The notes under the pieces: model-generated
What the model was told of the DNA's origin: nothing
The model's database searches: none
The model's input: only the letters and a program-made list of their open reading frames with translations
Translations under genes and position numbers: made by a program
Shown: positions 41,043 to 51,587 of the stretch, one piece after another
How the letters are laid out: every line of letters starts with the position of its first letter
How positions within the stretch are numbered: the first letter of the stretch is position 1
From: an uncultured Sphingobacteriales bacterium
Lineage (GTDB): Bacteria > Bacteroidota > Bacteroidia > Chitinophagales > Chitinophagaceae
NCBI GenBank assembly: GCA_963707255.1
Contig: CAVPPM010000023.1
Coordinates: 222,687 to 286,686 of the forward strand
Length of the DNA: 64,000 nt
Direction: 5' to 3'

Positions 41043-43067
41043 TCAATTGACAAGATCCCATACAATACCCAACCTGAAAAGCAGCCCGGGATAAGGATAC
41101 AGCGCTATTTCCTGGTTGCTCTGTTTAAATCCGAAACCATTATTGAATGTCAATGTGTTAAGGTTTTCCAGGCGGGTAAACCCGGTAAAATTGCGAATCC
41201 TGAAATTCACATACGCGGCGATATCGGGACGAAGTGTCAGTTGAAGTTTATCCTGGTAAAAATATTGCCCCAGTACAGGTGAATAATTGCTGGCTTCATA
41301 GGGTGTATGATAACGAATATCAAAGCCCGTGGATAACAGCAGGTTGCGAAACACACTTCCTTCATAGGCAAAACGGTTTCGTGTATACAGCAGCGGTACA
41401 TTAACAGGGGGCTTGCCTGTTATGGTCTGAAGGTATATGTCGATGTACCATTTCCAGTGATTGCGAAGGCTGAACTCTTTACTGGCACCAATACGAAGAA
41501 GATTAAAGATTGAAGATTCCTGTTTCACCCTGTTGAAGTCTTCCAGGTAAGTATAATTGCTGACCAGGTAGTAGTTGGCACTCAGCCTGAACTTACGCCG
41601 TGGATTTTCCACAGAGCCGTAGATCTCAGAAATGTTTTCCTTATTGAGGCCTGCATTGAAACTCACCGGGAAGCCTGTAGCACGGGTTAACAGGTAAGAA
41701 GGAGAACGGCTGGTATTTTTGAACCCGGTTTCCAGGAAACCCCATTTTACTCCCAGGTCTCTTTTAAGGCTTGCATGCATACCGTAATCACCTGAATTAC
41801 GACCGATCAGAAACAGTTCACCGAACAGGAGCATATCCCATTTGCGGTTTTTAGTCCGGTTGCGGTATTCCCCATGTGCCCGGAAATTGTAAAAATTATC
41901 CTTTTCCTGCGCAAATTTTCCCGACAGGTTTTGAAAGCTCGCCCCTAGTTTAAGGAACTGTAGCGGATTTTTAGAATCAGGAAACTGTATGATGGAAAAG
42001 TCATTGATCAGTTCGGACCATTTCTGTTTATAGTATACAGTATCTGCAGGATCCGTCATTCCTTCATAGTTATCGGCATAAAAACTACTGTCAATGACTC
42101 CCTGCACGTCCTGGTAGAGAAACCGATAAGTGCCAAACTGCGCCGTATATTCAAACCTTAATTTGGGCAGGAAGAACCTCGTGACGGTGGAGTCGGTGGT
42201 AACGGAATCTTTTTTACCGAAATCATACTGGTTCCTGAACAGGAACGCAGTATTGGTATACTTGTTTCCCGTATTCAGCGTAACATTAAAGAGGTCCCTG
42301 CTGGAAAAGGGCTCCTGTGCAAGATTGGTAGGTATATTAAAATAATCGTTATATGCCGGATTTTTATTGACCAGGAATGTATCGCTGACGATTCCACCAT
42401 TTTCGGAAGACTGGAGATTGTTGTTCATGACAATGAAGAACCCGTTGTATCGCCTGTCTTTCGAAACAAAATTCGTATTGAACCGGAAATTTTTATGGTT
42501 GGTATTCTGGGAATTAAAAAATCCGGGGGCATTCAACAACCGGTATTCAAAAACAAAATTCCAGTCGGGCTTTATATTCTGCGAATGCACCACGCTGATG
42601 TTCTGCTCCGCCTTACTGCCCAGCAAATAGGTAAGCTGGGTGTACGGTTTGGTGGTGGTCATGAAACGGGTATCATAAAGTGAAAAACTATATACATCGA
42701 AGGCATGAAAACCGTGATCCCATCCAGGTTTCATATTTGGCGAAAACATCAGGGAACGTGCAGCTGTGCCATTATTACCGAGGTGTATATCGTCAGGATC
42801 AAGGGGTACTTTATCGAAATAATCATTGATCGAATTATCGAAAGAACGAAAGCGTGCGGTATCGAGCAAACGGTAACGGATACTTACAGAATCATCAGAA
42901 AAATTCCGTTTCTCAAATTTGATGGAATCACTGCTGCTCCCCGACATAGGCCGGCCGCCACCCATTGGCATCCTTCCGCCTTTAAAGGGGTTCTGGGCCA
43001 TCGTTTCCTGTTGGGCCAGTATTCCCGCAAGGAGGAGTAAATAAAAGGGGATCAGCTTTACTACCAT
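41043..43067 (-). CDS. Putative porin (Bacteroidota OM beta-barrel)
   Basis: Signal peptide; LGN.G, T.PYT.L.Y, HSQN, ENGGI, Y.PVLGQY..Q, FRLGIVW.L.N end. Confidence 0.75.
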   Translation of the reverse strand: MVVKLIPFYLLLLAGILAQQETMAQNPFKGGRMPMGGGRPMSGSSSDSIKFEKRNFSDDSVSIRYRLLDTARFRSFDNSINDYFDKVPLDPDDIHLGNNGTAARSLMFSPNMKPGWDHGFHAFDVYSFSLYDTRFMTTTKPYTQLTYLLGSKAEQNISVVHSQNIKPDWNFVFEYRLLNAPGFFNSQNTNHKNFRFNTNFVSKDRRYNGFFIVMNNNLQSSENGGIVSDTFLVNKNPAYNDYFNIPTNLAQEPFSSRDLFNVTLNTGNKYTNTAFLFRNQYDFGKKDSVTTDSTVTRFFLPKLRFEYTAQFGTYRFLYQDVQGVIDSSFYADNYEGMTDPADTVYYKQKWSELINDFSIIQFPDSKNPLQFLKLGASFQNLSGKFAQEKDNFYNFRAHGEYRNRTKNRKWDMLLFGELFLIGRNSGDYGMHASLKRDLGVKWGFLETGFKNTSRSPSYLLTRATGFPVSFNAGLNKENISEIYGSVENPRRKFRLSANYYLVSNYTYLEDFNRVKQESSIFNLLRIGASKEFSLRNHWKWYIDIYLQTITGKPPVNVPLLYTRNRFAYEGSVFRNLLLSTGFDIRYHTPYEASNYSPVLGQYFYQDKLQLTLRPDIAAYVNFRIRNFTGFTRLENLNTLTFNNGFGFKQSNQEIALYPYPGLLFRLGIVWDLVN

Positions 43068-43123
43068 ATTCAGAAAGCGAAATTACTCAAACCCTGAAGG
43101 AGGATTGGTAAAAAATTGATAAA

Positions 43124-43943
43124 TCAGGCTTTGGCTATTATTCCCCTGAAGATGGCAGTGAGTTTTGGTTCAGCGGATTTAGCGGCTTCCAGCACTTCTT
43201 CATGGGTTATTACATTTTCTTCTTCACGTGATACCCATATCTGTAATCACGCTCATGGCAAATACGGGAAGTCCCATATGATTGGCCGTAATACATTCCT
43301 GTACCGTGCTCATGCCCACTGCATCGCCGCCCATATGCTGGATCATCTGGTATTCAGCACGGGTTTCAAAAGTTGGGCCTGTTACGGCAAAGTAAACGCC
43401 TTCATGAATATGGATACCTTCATCCTTTGCCACCTGCCGGGCGGTCCTGATAATGCTTTTGCGGTAAGGTTCGCTCATGTCCGGAAATCTCGGACCCAGT
43501 TCATCTTCATTTTTTCCAATCAGTGGATTGGGCGTGGCAAAACTGATATGGTCCCTGATGATCATAAGGTCGCCCACTTCAAATGAAGGATTCACACCAC
43601 CGGCTGCATTGGAGATCATCAATAACCTGATCCCCAGGTATTTCATTACCCGTATCGGGAATACGATGGCATTCACATCATATCCCTCATAGTAATGAAA
43701 GCGCCCGGCCATGGCAACGATCCTTTTGCCCGACATCCATCCAAACACCAGTTTTCCCTGGTGACCCTTGACCGTGGAGACAGGAAAATGAGGAATATCT
43801 GCATATGGAATTTCTATATCAATGGCTATTTCCTTACTGAAGTTTCCCAGTCCGCTTCCCAGGATCACGCCCACCTCAGGTGTCTGGGGATATAAGTTCC
43901 TGATATACTGAACTGTTTCCTGGATTTGTGTAACTATCGACAT
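43124..43943 (-). CDS. punA: Purine nucleoside phosphorylase (family 2); probable +1 error near 43229
   Basis: ILGSGLG, GRFHYYEG, NAAGG, GPTFETRAE, VGMST; corrected tail REEENVITHEEVLEAAKSAEPKL...KA*. Confidence 0.9.
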
Positions 43944-44061
43944 GTCGTAAAATTAGGTCGACAAATATATAATTGTTTGCAAAGAGACGGCTATTTATCA
44001 ATTCTCCCTACAGTTGTAGTAATGGCTATGGAAAAAATCGCCTAATGTGTATATTTGTTTC

Positions 44062-45993
44062 ATGCGACCTGTGATTGCTTTATGCTGTTGTGTTTTACTG
44101 TCCATAACGGGAAGGTCTCAATTATGTTCCGGCAGCCTTGGAGATCCGGTAGCGATGATCGATTTTGGCAGCGGCAGTAACGGGGCACCATTGCCACCGG
44201 GGCGAACAAACTATGATTACGCCGGTGGTTGTCCGAACGATGGCGCCTACACGATAACCAACCTTTCTTTTGGATGTTTTGATGGCACCTGGCTCACGGT
44301 GGTGGGAGACCATACCCCTAATGATGCTGGTGGATTTTATATGCTTGTCAATGCCTCCAATACACCGGGTGTTTTTTATGTAGACACGGTGACCAATTTG
44401 TGCGGCAATACTTTTTATGAGTTTTCTGCCTATATCATGAATGTCCTGAAAAATACCAGTTGTGGCGGAAACGGCATTGAGCCCGACCTGACTTTCTCCA
44501 TTGAAACTGTTACTGGAACGGTTATCACTACATATAATACAGGCAAAATACCCGACCGGGAAAATCCCCAGTGGACGCAATACGGAACCTATATCAATAC
44601 GCCGATAGGTGTATCCTCCCTCGTTATCAGGATCACCAATAATGCTCCGGGAGGATGCGGTAATGACCTGGCCATTGATGACATTGCGTTAAGACCCTGC
44701 GGGCCGAGAATTTCTGCAGGCATAAACGGTATAACGGTTACGGATACTGTTTTTTGTGAAAGCCTGGACCAGAATTTTGTCCTCCAGGCCATCTATACGG
44801 CAGGATATGCCAACCCCAGGCTTCAGTGGCAACTCAGCAATGATTATGGACGCAACTGGGCAGATATTCCCGGTGCCACTTCAGCCACCTATACCAGGCC
44901 AAGGTCCGGCAGTGGAAATTACAGTTACCGTTTATTGATCGGCGATGGCGGGAACATCAATGTCCCCTCCTGCAGGATCGCTTCCAGACCCATTAATATC
45001 ACGGTGAACAGTTCCGCCGGTGCTTTTATCCAGGCTACCAATTATGTATTCAGTTGCTTTGGTTCAACGGTGAACCTTTTTGCCTCTGGCGGAAGCAAAT
45101 ATGAATGGATCGGGCCACAGGGATTTACTTCCAACCGTCAGGACCCAAAAATCCCTAATGTCCAGTTTAACAATACCGGGATGTATATCGTAAAAGGAAC
45201 CACTTTTAATGGATGCGGAGTGGGCTATGATACCACAAACCTTATTGTATATCCTGCTGCCAGGCTTGATATAATCCAGGGGCCGCTGAATGTTTGTGAG
45301 GGCCAGGAAATCCAGCTCAATGCGTCTGGCGGAACAAGATATAAATGGGAACCCGGAGCATCGCTCAGCAATGACACCCTTCCCAATCCCATGGCCAGGC
45401 CAAAAGAATCCACCACCTACAAAGTGACCATGTTCAACAGTTATGAATGCTATGACACCGGAAGAGTGTATGTCAATGTTTACAAGTTGCCGGTGGCCAA
45501 TGCAGGTCCGGATATAAAAATGCTGAAAGGCAGGCCGGCCCAGTTGCAGTCGACGATAACGGGCACCAATACAAGTTTTCGATGGACGCCGATAACCGAT
45601 ATGGCCAATCCAACGGCGGTAAGGCCCATGGTAAACCCGCCATCAGACCGGGCCTATCGCCTTGAGGTCACTTCAAATGTGGGATGCGGTTCCAGTTCGG
45701 ATGAAACAATAGTAAAAGTTTTTGAAACGGTAAAAGTCCCCAATACGTTTACGCCTAACGGTGACGGGTACAATGATTTCTGGGAGATAGACCTGCTGCC
45801 CATTTTTGAGACCTGTGTGATGGAAGTGTATAATACTGCCGGACAGATTGTTTACCGGACCATCGGGTATTCAAAACCGTGGGATGGCACCAGGAATGGA
45901 TCTCCCCTGCCGGCTGGAACCTATTATTATGTTATCGACCTCAAAGTGCAGAACGCCAGCAAACTTTCGGGCTATATCACCATCATCCGGTAG
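44062..45993 (+). CDS. T9SS type B (gliding-motility-associated C-terminal domain) secreted protein
   Basis: Signal peptide; DHT..D..G..MLVNA, GCGNDLAIDDI; VPNTFTPNGDGYND...WDGT.NG..LPAGTYYY...GYITIIR; TATATTTG at 44050-44057. Confidence 0.88.
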   Translation: MRPVIALCCCVLLSITGRSQLCSGSLGDPVAMIDFGSGSNGAPLPPGRTNYDYAGGCPNDGAYTITNLSFGCFDGTWLTVVGDHTPNDAGGFYMLVNASNTPGVFYVDTVTNLCGNTFYEFSAYIMNVLKNTSCGGNGIEPDLTFSIETVTGTVITTYNTGKIPDRENPQWTQYGTYINTPIGVSSLVIRITNNAPGGCGNDLAIDDIALRPCGPRISAGINGITVTDTVFCESLDQNFVLQAIYTAGYANPRLQWQLSNDYGRNWADIPGATSATYTRPRSGSGNYSYRLLIGDGGNINVPSCRIASRPINITVNSSAGAFIQATNYVFSCFGSTVNLFASGGSKYEWIGPQGFTSNRQDPKIPNVQFNNTGMYIVKGTTFNGCGVGYDTTNLIVYPAARLDIIQGPLNVCEGQEIQLNASGGTRYKWEPGASLSNDTLPNPMARPKESTTYKVTMFNSYECYDTGRVYVNVYKLPVANAGPDIKMLKGRPAQLQSTITGTNTSFRWTPITDMANPTAVRPMVNPPSDRAYRLEVTSNVGCGSSSDETIVKVFETVKVPNTFTPNGDGYNDFWEIDLLPIFETCVMEVYNTAGQIVYRTIGYSKPWDGTRNGSPLPAGTYYYVIDLKVQNASKLSGYITIIR

Positions 45994-46087
45994 GCCTCAC
46001 TATTTTGCCGAATCATTCACCGGCATCATGACTTTGCCCCGATCATTTCCGGCCTGTTTTTGTTATCTTCGCCAAAATGCAGAACAT

Positions 46088-47299
46088 ATGAATCTTCACG
46101 AATATCAGGCCAAGGAATTACTGAAAAAATTTGATGTGGTAGTGCAGGAAGGATTTGCCTGCAATAGTGTCCACGAAGCGGAAGAAGCCTATCGCCAGAT
46201 CAAAACCCAGTATGGTAGTAGTTTTGCGGTTATCAAGGCCCAGATACATGCAGGTGGCCGTGGAAAAGGAACCATCAGGGAAACCGGCATCAATGGCGTA
46301 AAAGTGGCTAAAAATGCCGATGAAGCCATCGATATCGCCAAGAAGATTTTAGGAGGTACGCTGGTTACCCTTCAAACCGGTCCGGCCGGAAAAGTGGTCA
46401 ATAAAATACTGGTGGCCCAGGATATGTATTACGATGGCCCCACTGAAAGAAAAGAATTTTATCTCTCTATACTGCTCGACCGCACAAAAGGCCAGAACGT
46501 GATCATGTATAGTACGGAAGGCGGAATGAATATTGAAGATGTGGCCCATGATACGCCTGAAAAAATATTCCGCGAATGGGTATATCCGGGAGGCGGACTG
46601 TCGGGTTTCCAGGCCAGGAAAATCGCCTTTAATCTCGGCGTTGAAGGTGAAGCCTTCAAGAACATGGTAAAGTTTGTTACCAAATTGTATAATGCCTATG
46701 TGGGGCTTGATTGTTCCATGCTTGAGATCAATCCTTTATTCAAGGCAGCCGACAATAAAATTGTTGCCGTGGATTGCAAAATGAATATTGACGACAACGC
46801 CCTCATGCGTCATCCGGAAGTGGCTTCATTGAGAGATGTTTCCGAAGAAGACCCAACTGAAGTGGAAGCCGGAAAATACAACCTGAATTTTGTTAAGCTC
46901 GATGGCAATGTGGGTTGCATGGTGAACGGGGCCGGGCTTGCCATGGCCACCATGGACATGATCAAACTCAGTGGCGGAGAACCCGCAAACTTCCTGGATG
47001 TAGGCGGTACGGCCAATGCACAGACAGTAGAAGCCGGATTTAAGATCATCCTTAAAGATCCCAATGTAAAAGCTATACTGATCAATATCTTCGGCGGCAT
47101 CGTACGCTGCGATCGTGTAGCCCAGGGCGTTATTGATGCTTACCAGAACATGGGCAATATAAATATTCCGATCATTGTACGGCTACAGGGAACCAATGCT
47201 GTGGAAGCCAAGAAGCTGATTGATGAAAGCGGACTGAAGGTACAAAGTGCCATTCTTCTCAGCGAAGCTGCAGCACTGGTCAAAAAAGCCGTTGCCTGA
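46088..47299 (+). CDS. sucC: Succinyl-CoA synthetase beta subunit
   Basis: [49 protein letters not shown]; real ATG at 46088. Confidence 0.97.
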   Translation: MNLHEYQAKELLKKFDVVVQEGFACNSVHEAEEAYRQIKTQYGSSFAVIKAQIHAGGRGKGTIRETGINGVKVAKNADEAIDIAKKILGGTLVTLQTGPAGKVVNKILVAQDMYYDGPTERKEFYLSILLDRTKGQNVIMYSTEGGMNIEDVAHDTPEKIFREWVYPGGGLSGFQARKIAFNLGVEGEAFKNMVKFVTKLYNAYVGLDCSMLEINPLFKAADNKIVAVDCKMNIDDNALMRHPEVASLRDVSEEDPTEVEAGKYNLNFVKLDGNVGCMVNGAGLAMATMDMIKLSGGEPANFLDVGGTANAQTVEAGFKIILKDPNVKAILINIFGGIVRCDRVAQGVIDAYQNMGNINIPIIVRLQGTNAVEAKKLIDESGLKVQSAILLSEAAALVKKAVA

Positions 47300-47321
47300 G
47301 ATACTGATTGCGACAAAACAA

Positions 47322-47354
47322 TCAACCCGTCAACAGTCAACCGTCAACTGACGG
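47322..47354 (+). repeat. Tandem heptamer (N)GTCAAC x3
   Basis: CGTCAAC AGTCAAC CGTCAAC TGACGG; the reverse complement is GTTGACN. Confidence 0.75.
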
Positions 47355-47366
47355 CCGCATCATTCC

Positions 47367-48470
47367 ATGGAAAAAACATCCAACCTTTCTTCAAGGCTTT
47401 TATCCCTCGATGTGATGCGCGGCGCCATCATGGTGTTACTTGCACTTGAAAGCACCAGGCTGTACGAGCACCTTGAGGAAATAAAAGCTGGACCCGTATA
47501 TTCTTCCATCATTCAGCAGTTTTTTCACCATCCCTGGCATGGATTAAGGTTCTGGGATATGGTGCAACCCGCATTCATGTTCATGGCCGGCGCCGCCATG
47601 GCATTTTCCCTGGAAAAACAGCGGCACCTCGGGGCCAGTTGGAACCATCTGTTCATCAAAACACTCAAGCGAAGTTTCTGGCTTTTTTTCTGGGGCGTGC
47701 TGAACTATGCAGTGCAGGCAGATGGCAGCCTGTCATTTGAATTATGGAATGTGCTCACACAACTTTCGTTTACTTCTTTGCTCGCCTTTTTAATATTCCG
47801 GTGGTCTTATACCCGCCAGGCCATTGCCTGTATTTTTCTATTAGTGCTGACGGAATTATTATATCGGTTAACGCATGTACCGGGATTTGATCAGCCATTC
47901 ACCGACCAGCATAATTTCGGTAATTACATGGACCTGGTGCTCATGAATAAAATCAATAAGGACGGATGGGTGGCAATCAATTGTATCCCCACCGCAGTGC
48001 ATACCATCGCAGGTTCGATGGCAGGAAAATACCTGTTGCAACATAAGGGACAAATAAAAGTACTGGTCGCCTGGGGTTTTATTACGATGGCGGCAGGATA
48101 TGTATTGGATGTGGCTGGCATCACGCCTATTATCAAAAGAATTGCTACCAGTTCATTTACCCTTGCAACACTGGGATGGTGCCTGTTGGCGCTGGCACTG
48201 ATATACTGGTGGGTGGATATTCGGCAGCATAAAAAGCACCTCAGGTTCTTTACCGTTATCGGCATGAATTCAATTTTCATCTACCTTTTTTTTGAGATTG
48301 TGGGCCACCGTTGGTTCAATGACTATGTGGGAAGTTTCAGCAACGGACTGATGACAATTGCCGGGGTGGAAGTCCACCTTATGAATATCATAACCTCACT
48401 ATTCATTTTTATGCTGGAATGGTTATTGTGTTTCTGGTTGTACAGAAAGAATATTTTTTTCAAACTCTGA
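47367..48470 (+). CDS. Membrane acyltransferase, HGSNAT/DUF5009-like
   Basis: RLLSLD.MRG, H.PW.G...WD.VQP.FMF..G, PIIKRI.TSSF, IGMNSIFIY. Confidence 0.8.
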   Translation: MEKTSNLSSRLLSLDVMRGAIMVLLALESTRLYEHLEEIKAGPVYSSIIQQFFHHPWHGLRFWDMVQPAFMFMAGAAMAFSLEKQRHLGASWNHLFIKTLKRSFWLFFWGVLNYAVQADGSLSFELWNVLTQLSFTSLLAFLIFRWSYTRQAIACIFLLVLTELLYRLTHVPGFDQPFTDQHNFGNYMDLVLMNKINKDGWVAINCIPTAVHTIAGSMAGKYLLQHKGQIKVLVAWGFITMAAGYVLDVAGITPIIKRIATSSFTLATLGWCLLALALIYWWVDIRQHKKHLRFFTVIGMNSIFIYLFFEIVGHRWFNDYVGSFSNGLMTIAGVEVHLMNIITSLFIFMLEWLLCFWLYRKNIFFKL

Positions 48471-48531
48471 CTCCCGTAACTATTGTACCTTAATATACCG
48501 TAGTGGAGGGTTGACGCTTTAAAACCACCTG

Positions 48532-49005
48532 ATGAATACTGCTCCTGATCAACACCAGACCGTTAAAATTTTATTCAGGTTTCACAGCGAACTGCTGGAC
48601 CAGGAAGTACAGGAAATCCTGCGTGCCGAAACACTGAATCCCGAGATGGGGAAATACAGGATTACGGATATTCCATTTTACACTCCAGGTATTGCCACGG
48701 ATGACATCGTCAGTGCCGTTTACAGTGATGAAGAAGAAATGCTGGTATTCCAGGAAACGCTGGCTCCTTCCGGAAATTCCACCGTATGGGTTGTTGTCAC
48801 TGATGAGGAATCTGACATTGAAGACCTTCAGCAGATTTTCCTGGACCTGGGATGTGATTCAGAGGAAGTCAGCGAACGGTTTTTCACGATGGAGGTGAAG
48901 TCATCTACAAGCTATTACCGGATCAGGGATAAATTAATTGAATTGAAATCAGAAGGGTTTATTGATTTTGCCGAACCCTGTGTTTCCCTTGTACATCAAT
49001 TCTAA
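48532..49005 (+). CDS. DUF4265-like protein
   Basis: Y.I..IPFY..GIA.DD.V, SGNST. Confidence 0.7.
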   Translation: MNTAPDQHQTVKILFRFHSELLDQEVQEILRAETLNPEMGKYRITDIPFYTPGIATDDIVSAVYSDEEEMLVFQETLAPSGNSTVWVVVTDEESDIEDLQQIFLDLGCDSEEVSERFFTMEVKSSTSYYRIRDKLIELKSEGFIDFAEPCVSLVHQF

Positions 49006-49019
49006 CCAGAAAGTCCGTT

Positions 49020-51531
49020 ATGGATCAAACGCTCAATGGAATTGCCGGCTTAAAAGAAAATGAAGTGTTGGCTTCACGTTCAGCACATGGTGTCAATATC
49101 ATTACTGAAAAAAAGGAAAATGGAATCCTGAGGGCTGTAAAAGATCTTGCCAAAGAGCCCATGTTTATCCTGTTGCTGGCTGCTTCTGTGATTTATTTTA
49201 TCGGTGGACAAAAAGCGGAAGGCATTTTCATGGCCATTTCTATTGTGCTGGTGGCAGGAATTTCACTTTACCAGGATTCACGCAGCAGGAATGCCCTGGC
49301 GGCGCTGAAATCAATTACCCAGCCCCGTGCCACCGTAATCAGGGCAGGCATGGAAAAAGAAATCAACAGTGAAGAGATTGTGGTGGGTGACATGATGATC
49401 ATTGAAGAAGGAAAGGGTGTTCCTGCTGACGGCGATCATTATAAGATCAAATGATTTCTCTATCAATGAGTCTATTCTTACCGGAGAATCCGTGCCCCTT
49501 TATAAAAATGAAACTTCCGAAGATAACAGGGTGTACCAGGGTACATCGGTATCTGGCGGACTGGCCATTTGCAGGGTCACGGCCATCGGTAACAGCACCC
49601 GGCTGGCGGGTATCGGTATAAATATCACCGAGATCAAAGAAGAAAAAACACCTTTACAGATCCAGATTACCAATTTTGTCAAAAAGATGGCCATCATCGG
49701 CGTGGTCGTTTTTTTCATTGTATGGATCATTAACTATAGCCGGTCTTACGATATCCTGGATAGCCTGCTTAAAGCGCTTACGCTGGCGATGAGTATTTTA
49801 CCGGAAGAGATCCCTGTTGCCTTTACCACTTTTATGGCCCTTGGTGCATGGCGGTTAATGACCATGGGGATTATTGTAAAGCAGACCAAGACGGTAGAAA
49901 CACTCGGCAGTGCAACAGTTATCGGCCTCGATAAAACAGGTACCATTACCGAGAACAGTATGGTACTGGCGAAATTGGCCGCATTGAATAAACGGGAGAC
50001 AGTGAATTTTTCAGAAAAAATTGATGATGATGAAAAAGCACTTGTCCGTTATGCCATGTGGGCCAGTGAGCCCATTCCATTTGATCCCATGGAAAAGGCT
50101 TTGCATGAGGCATACCAGTTAACCAGCACTAAAGATGAACGACCGCTATTCAACATGTATTTTGAATATCCTTTGTCCGGACATCCTCCCATGATGACAC
50201 ATGTTTTCAGGAACAGTGCGGGAGAAAGAATTATCGCTGCCAAAGGTGCACCCGAAGCCCTCATGGCTTCATCTGTATTGAATGATGACGAAAGGAAATA
50301 TATTTCAAATACGGTAAATGTTTTGTCGGCCGAAGGCTACAGGGTTCTTGCTGTAGGTGAAACAACCTTCAATAGTGATCAATTTCCCGAACAGCAGCAG
50401 GACTTCAAATTCAGCTTTATCGGCCTGCTGGCATTTTATGATCCGCCAAAGAAAAATATTCCGGATGTACTGGCTTCTTTCTACCAGGCAGGCATAACCG
50501 TAAATATAATTACCGGTGATAACCAGGCCACTACAGAAACGATCGCCAGGCAGATTGGTTTCCGCGACCCTGGCAAATGTTTATCCGGCGAAGAACTCAT
50601 GACGATGGATGAGACTATGTTAAGTGAGGAAGTTAAAAAGGCGCACATATTCGCCAGGATGTTTCCGGAAGCCAAACTTCGCATCATTAATGCACTGAAA
50701 TCAAACGGTGAGATTGTGGCCATGACGGGTGACGGAGTGAATGACGGACCTGCACTAAAAGCAGCTCATATTGGTATTGCCATGGGTGAAAAGGGAACAG
50801 AGATTGCCCGGGAAGCCGCTTCCCTGATCATCATTAATGACGACCTCGCCAAAATGGTGGACGCTATAGCCATGGGACGGAGGATTTATACCAACCTTAA
50901 AAAAGCGATTCAGTATATTATTTCCATACATATCCCGATTATTCTTACCGTATTTCTCCCCCTGGCCCTTGGATGGCTGTATCCCAGCATTTTTTCACCT
51001 GTACATATCATTTTCCTGGAACTCATCATGGGACCTACCTGTTCCATCATTTATGAGAACGAGCCGATCGAAAAGAATATCATGTTTCAAAAACCAAGGC
51101 CCTTTACCACCACGTTTTTTAACTGGAAAGAATTACTGACCAGCATTATTCAGGGTCTGGCCATTACTGCAGGAACGCTGTTTTGCTACCAGTATGCCAT
51201 ACAGCTCGGTGCCGATGAGGAAACAACAAGGACCATGGTCTTTATTACGCTTATCTCTGCCAATATATGCCTCACCCTGGTGAACCGGTCTTTTTATTAT
51301 TCTATTATTACCACAGCAGGTTATAAAAATAATCTTGTTCTGATGATCATTTCTATCACTGTTACCATAACTGCCTTACTGCTGTATATTGATCCGCTCA
51401 CCAGTTTCTTCAGGTTCAGCAGGCCAGATGCATACTCACTGCTGATCAGCATGTTATTTGGCTTTGTATCGGTGATATGGTTTGAAATATATAAAGCCTT
51501 TAAGCGATCGCAGGTAAAAATCCAGCCATAA
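49020..51531 (+). CDS. P-type (type II, Ca2+-like) cation-transporting ATPase; probable +1 error near 49433
   Basis: VPAD, ESILTGES, PEE.P, DKTGT, KGAPE, TGD, MTGDGVNDGPAL. Confidence 0.92.
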
Positions 51532-51561
51532 AAAAACGGACATGCAGTGCTGCATGTCCGT
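51530..51561 (-). terminator. Intrinsic terminator, U-tail on the minus strand
   Basis: A-run then ACGGACATGCAG-tg-CTGCATGTCCGT between convergent genes. Confidence 0.8.
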
Positions 51562-51587
51562 CAATTATCTGGAATAAATCTTTGTTG

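Noticed and set aside
45848-46087. N-terminally extended SucC overlapping the upstream gene
   Set aside because: The canonical MNLHEYQ start is at 46088; the extension is an ORF-caller artefact
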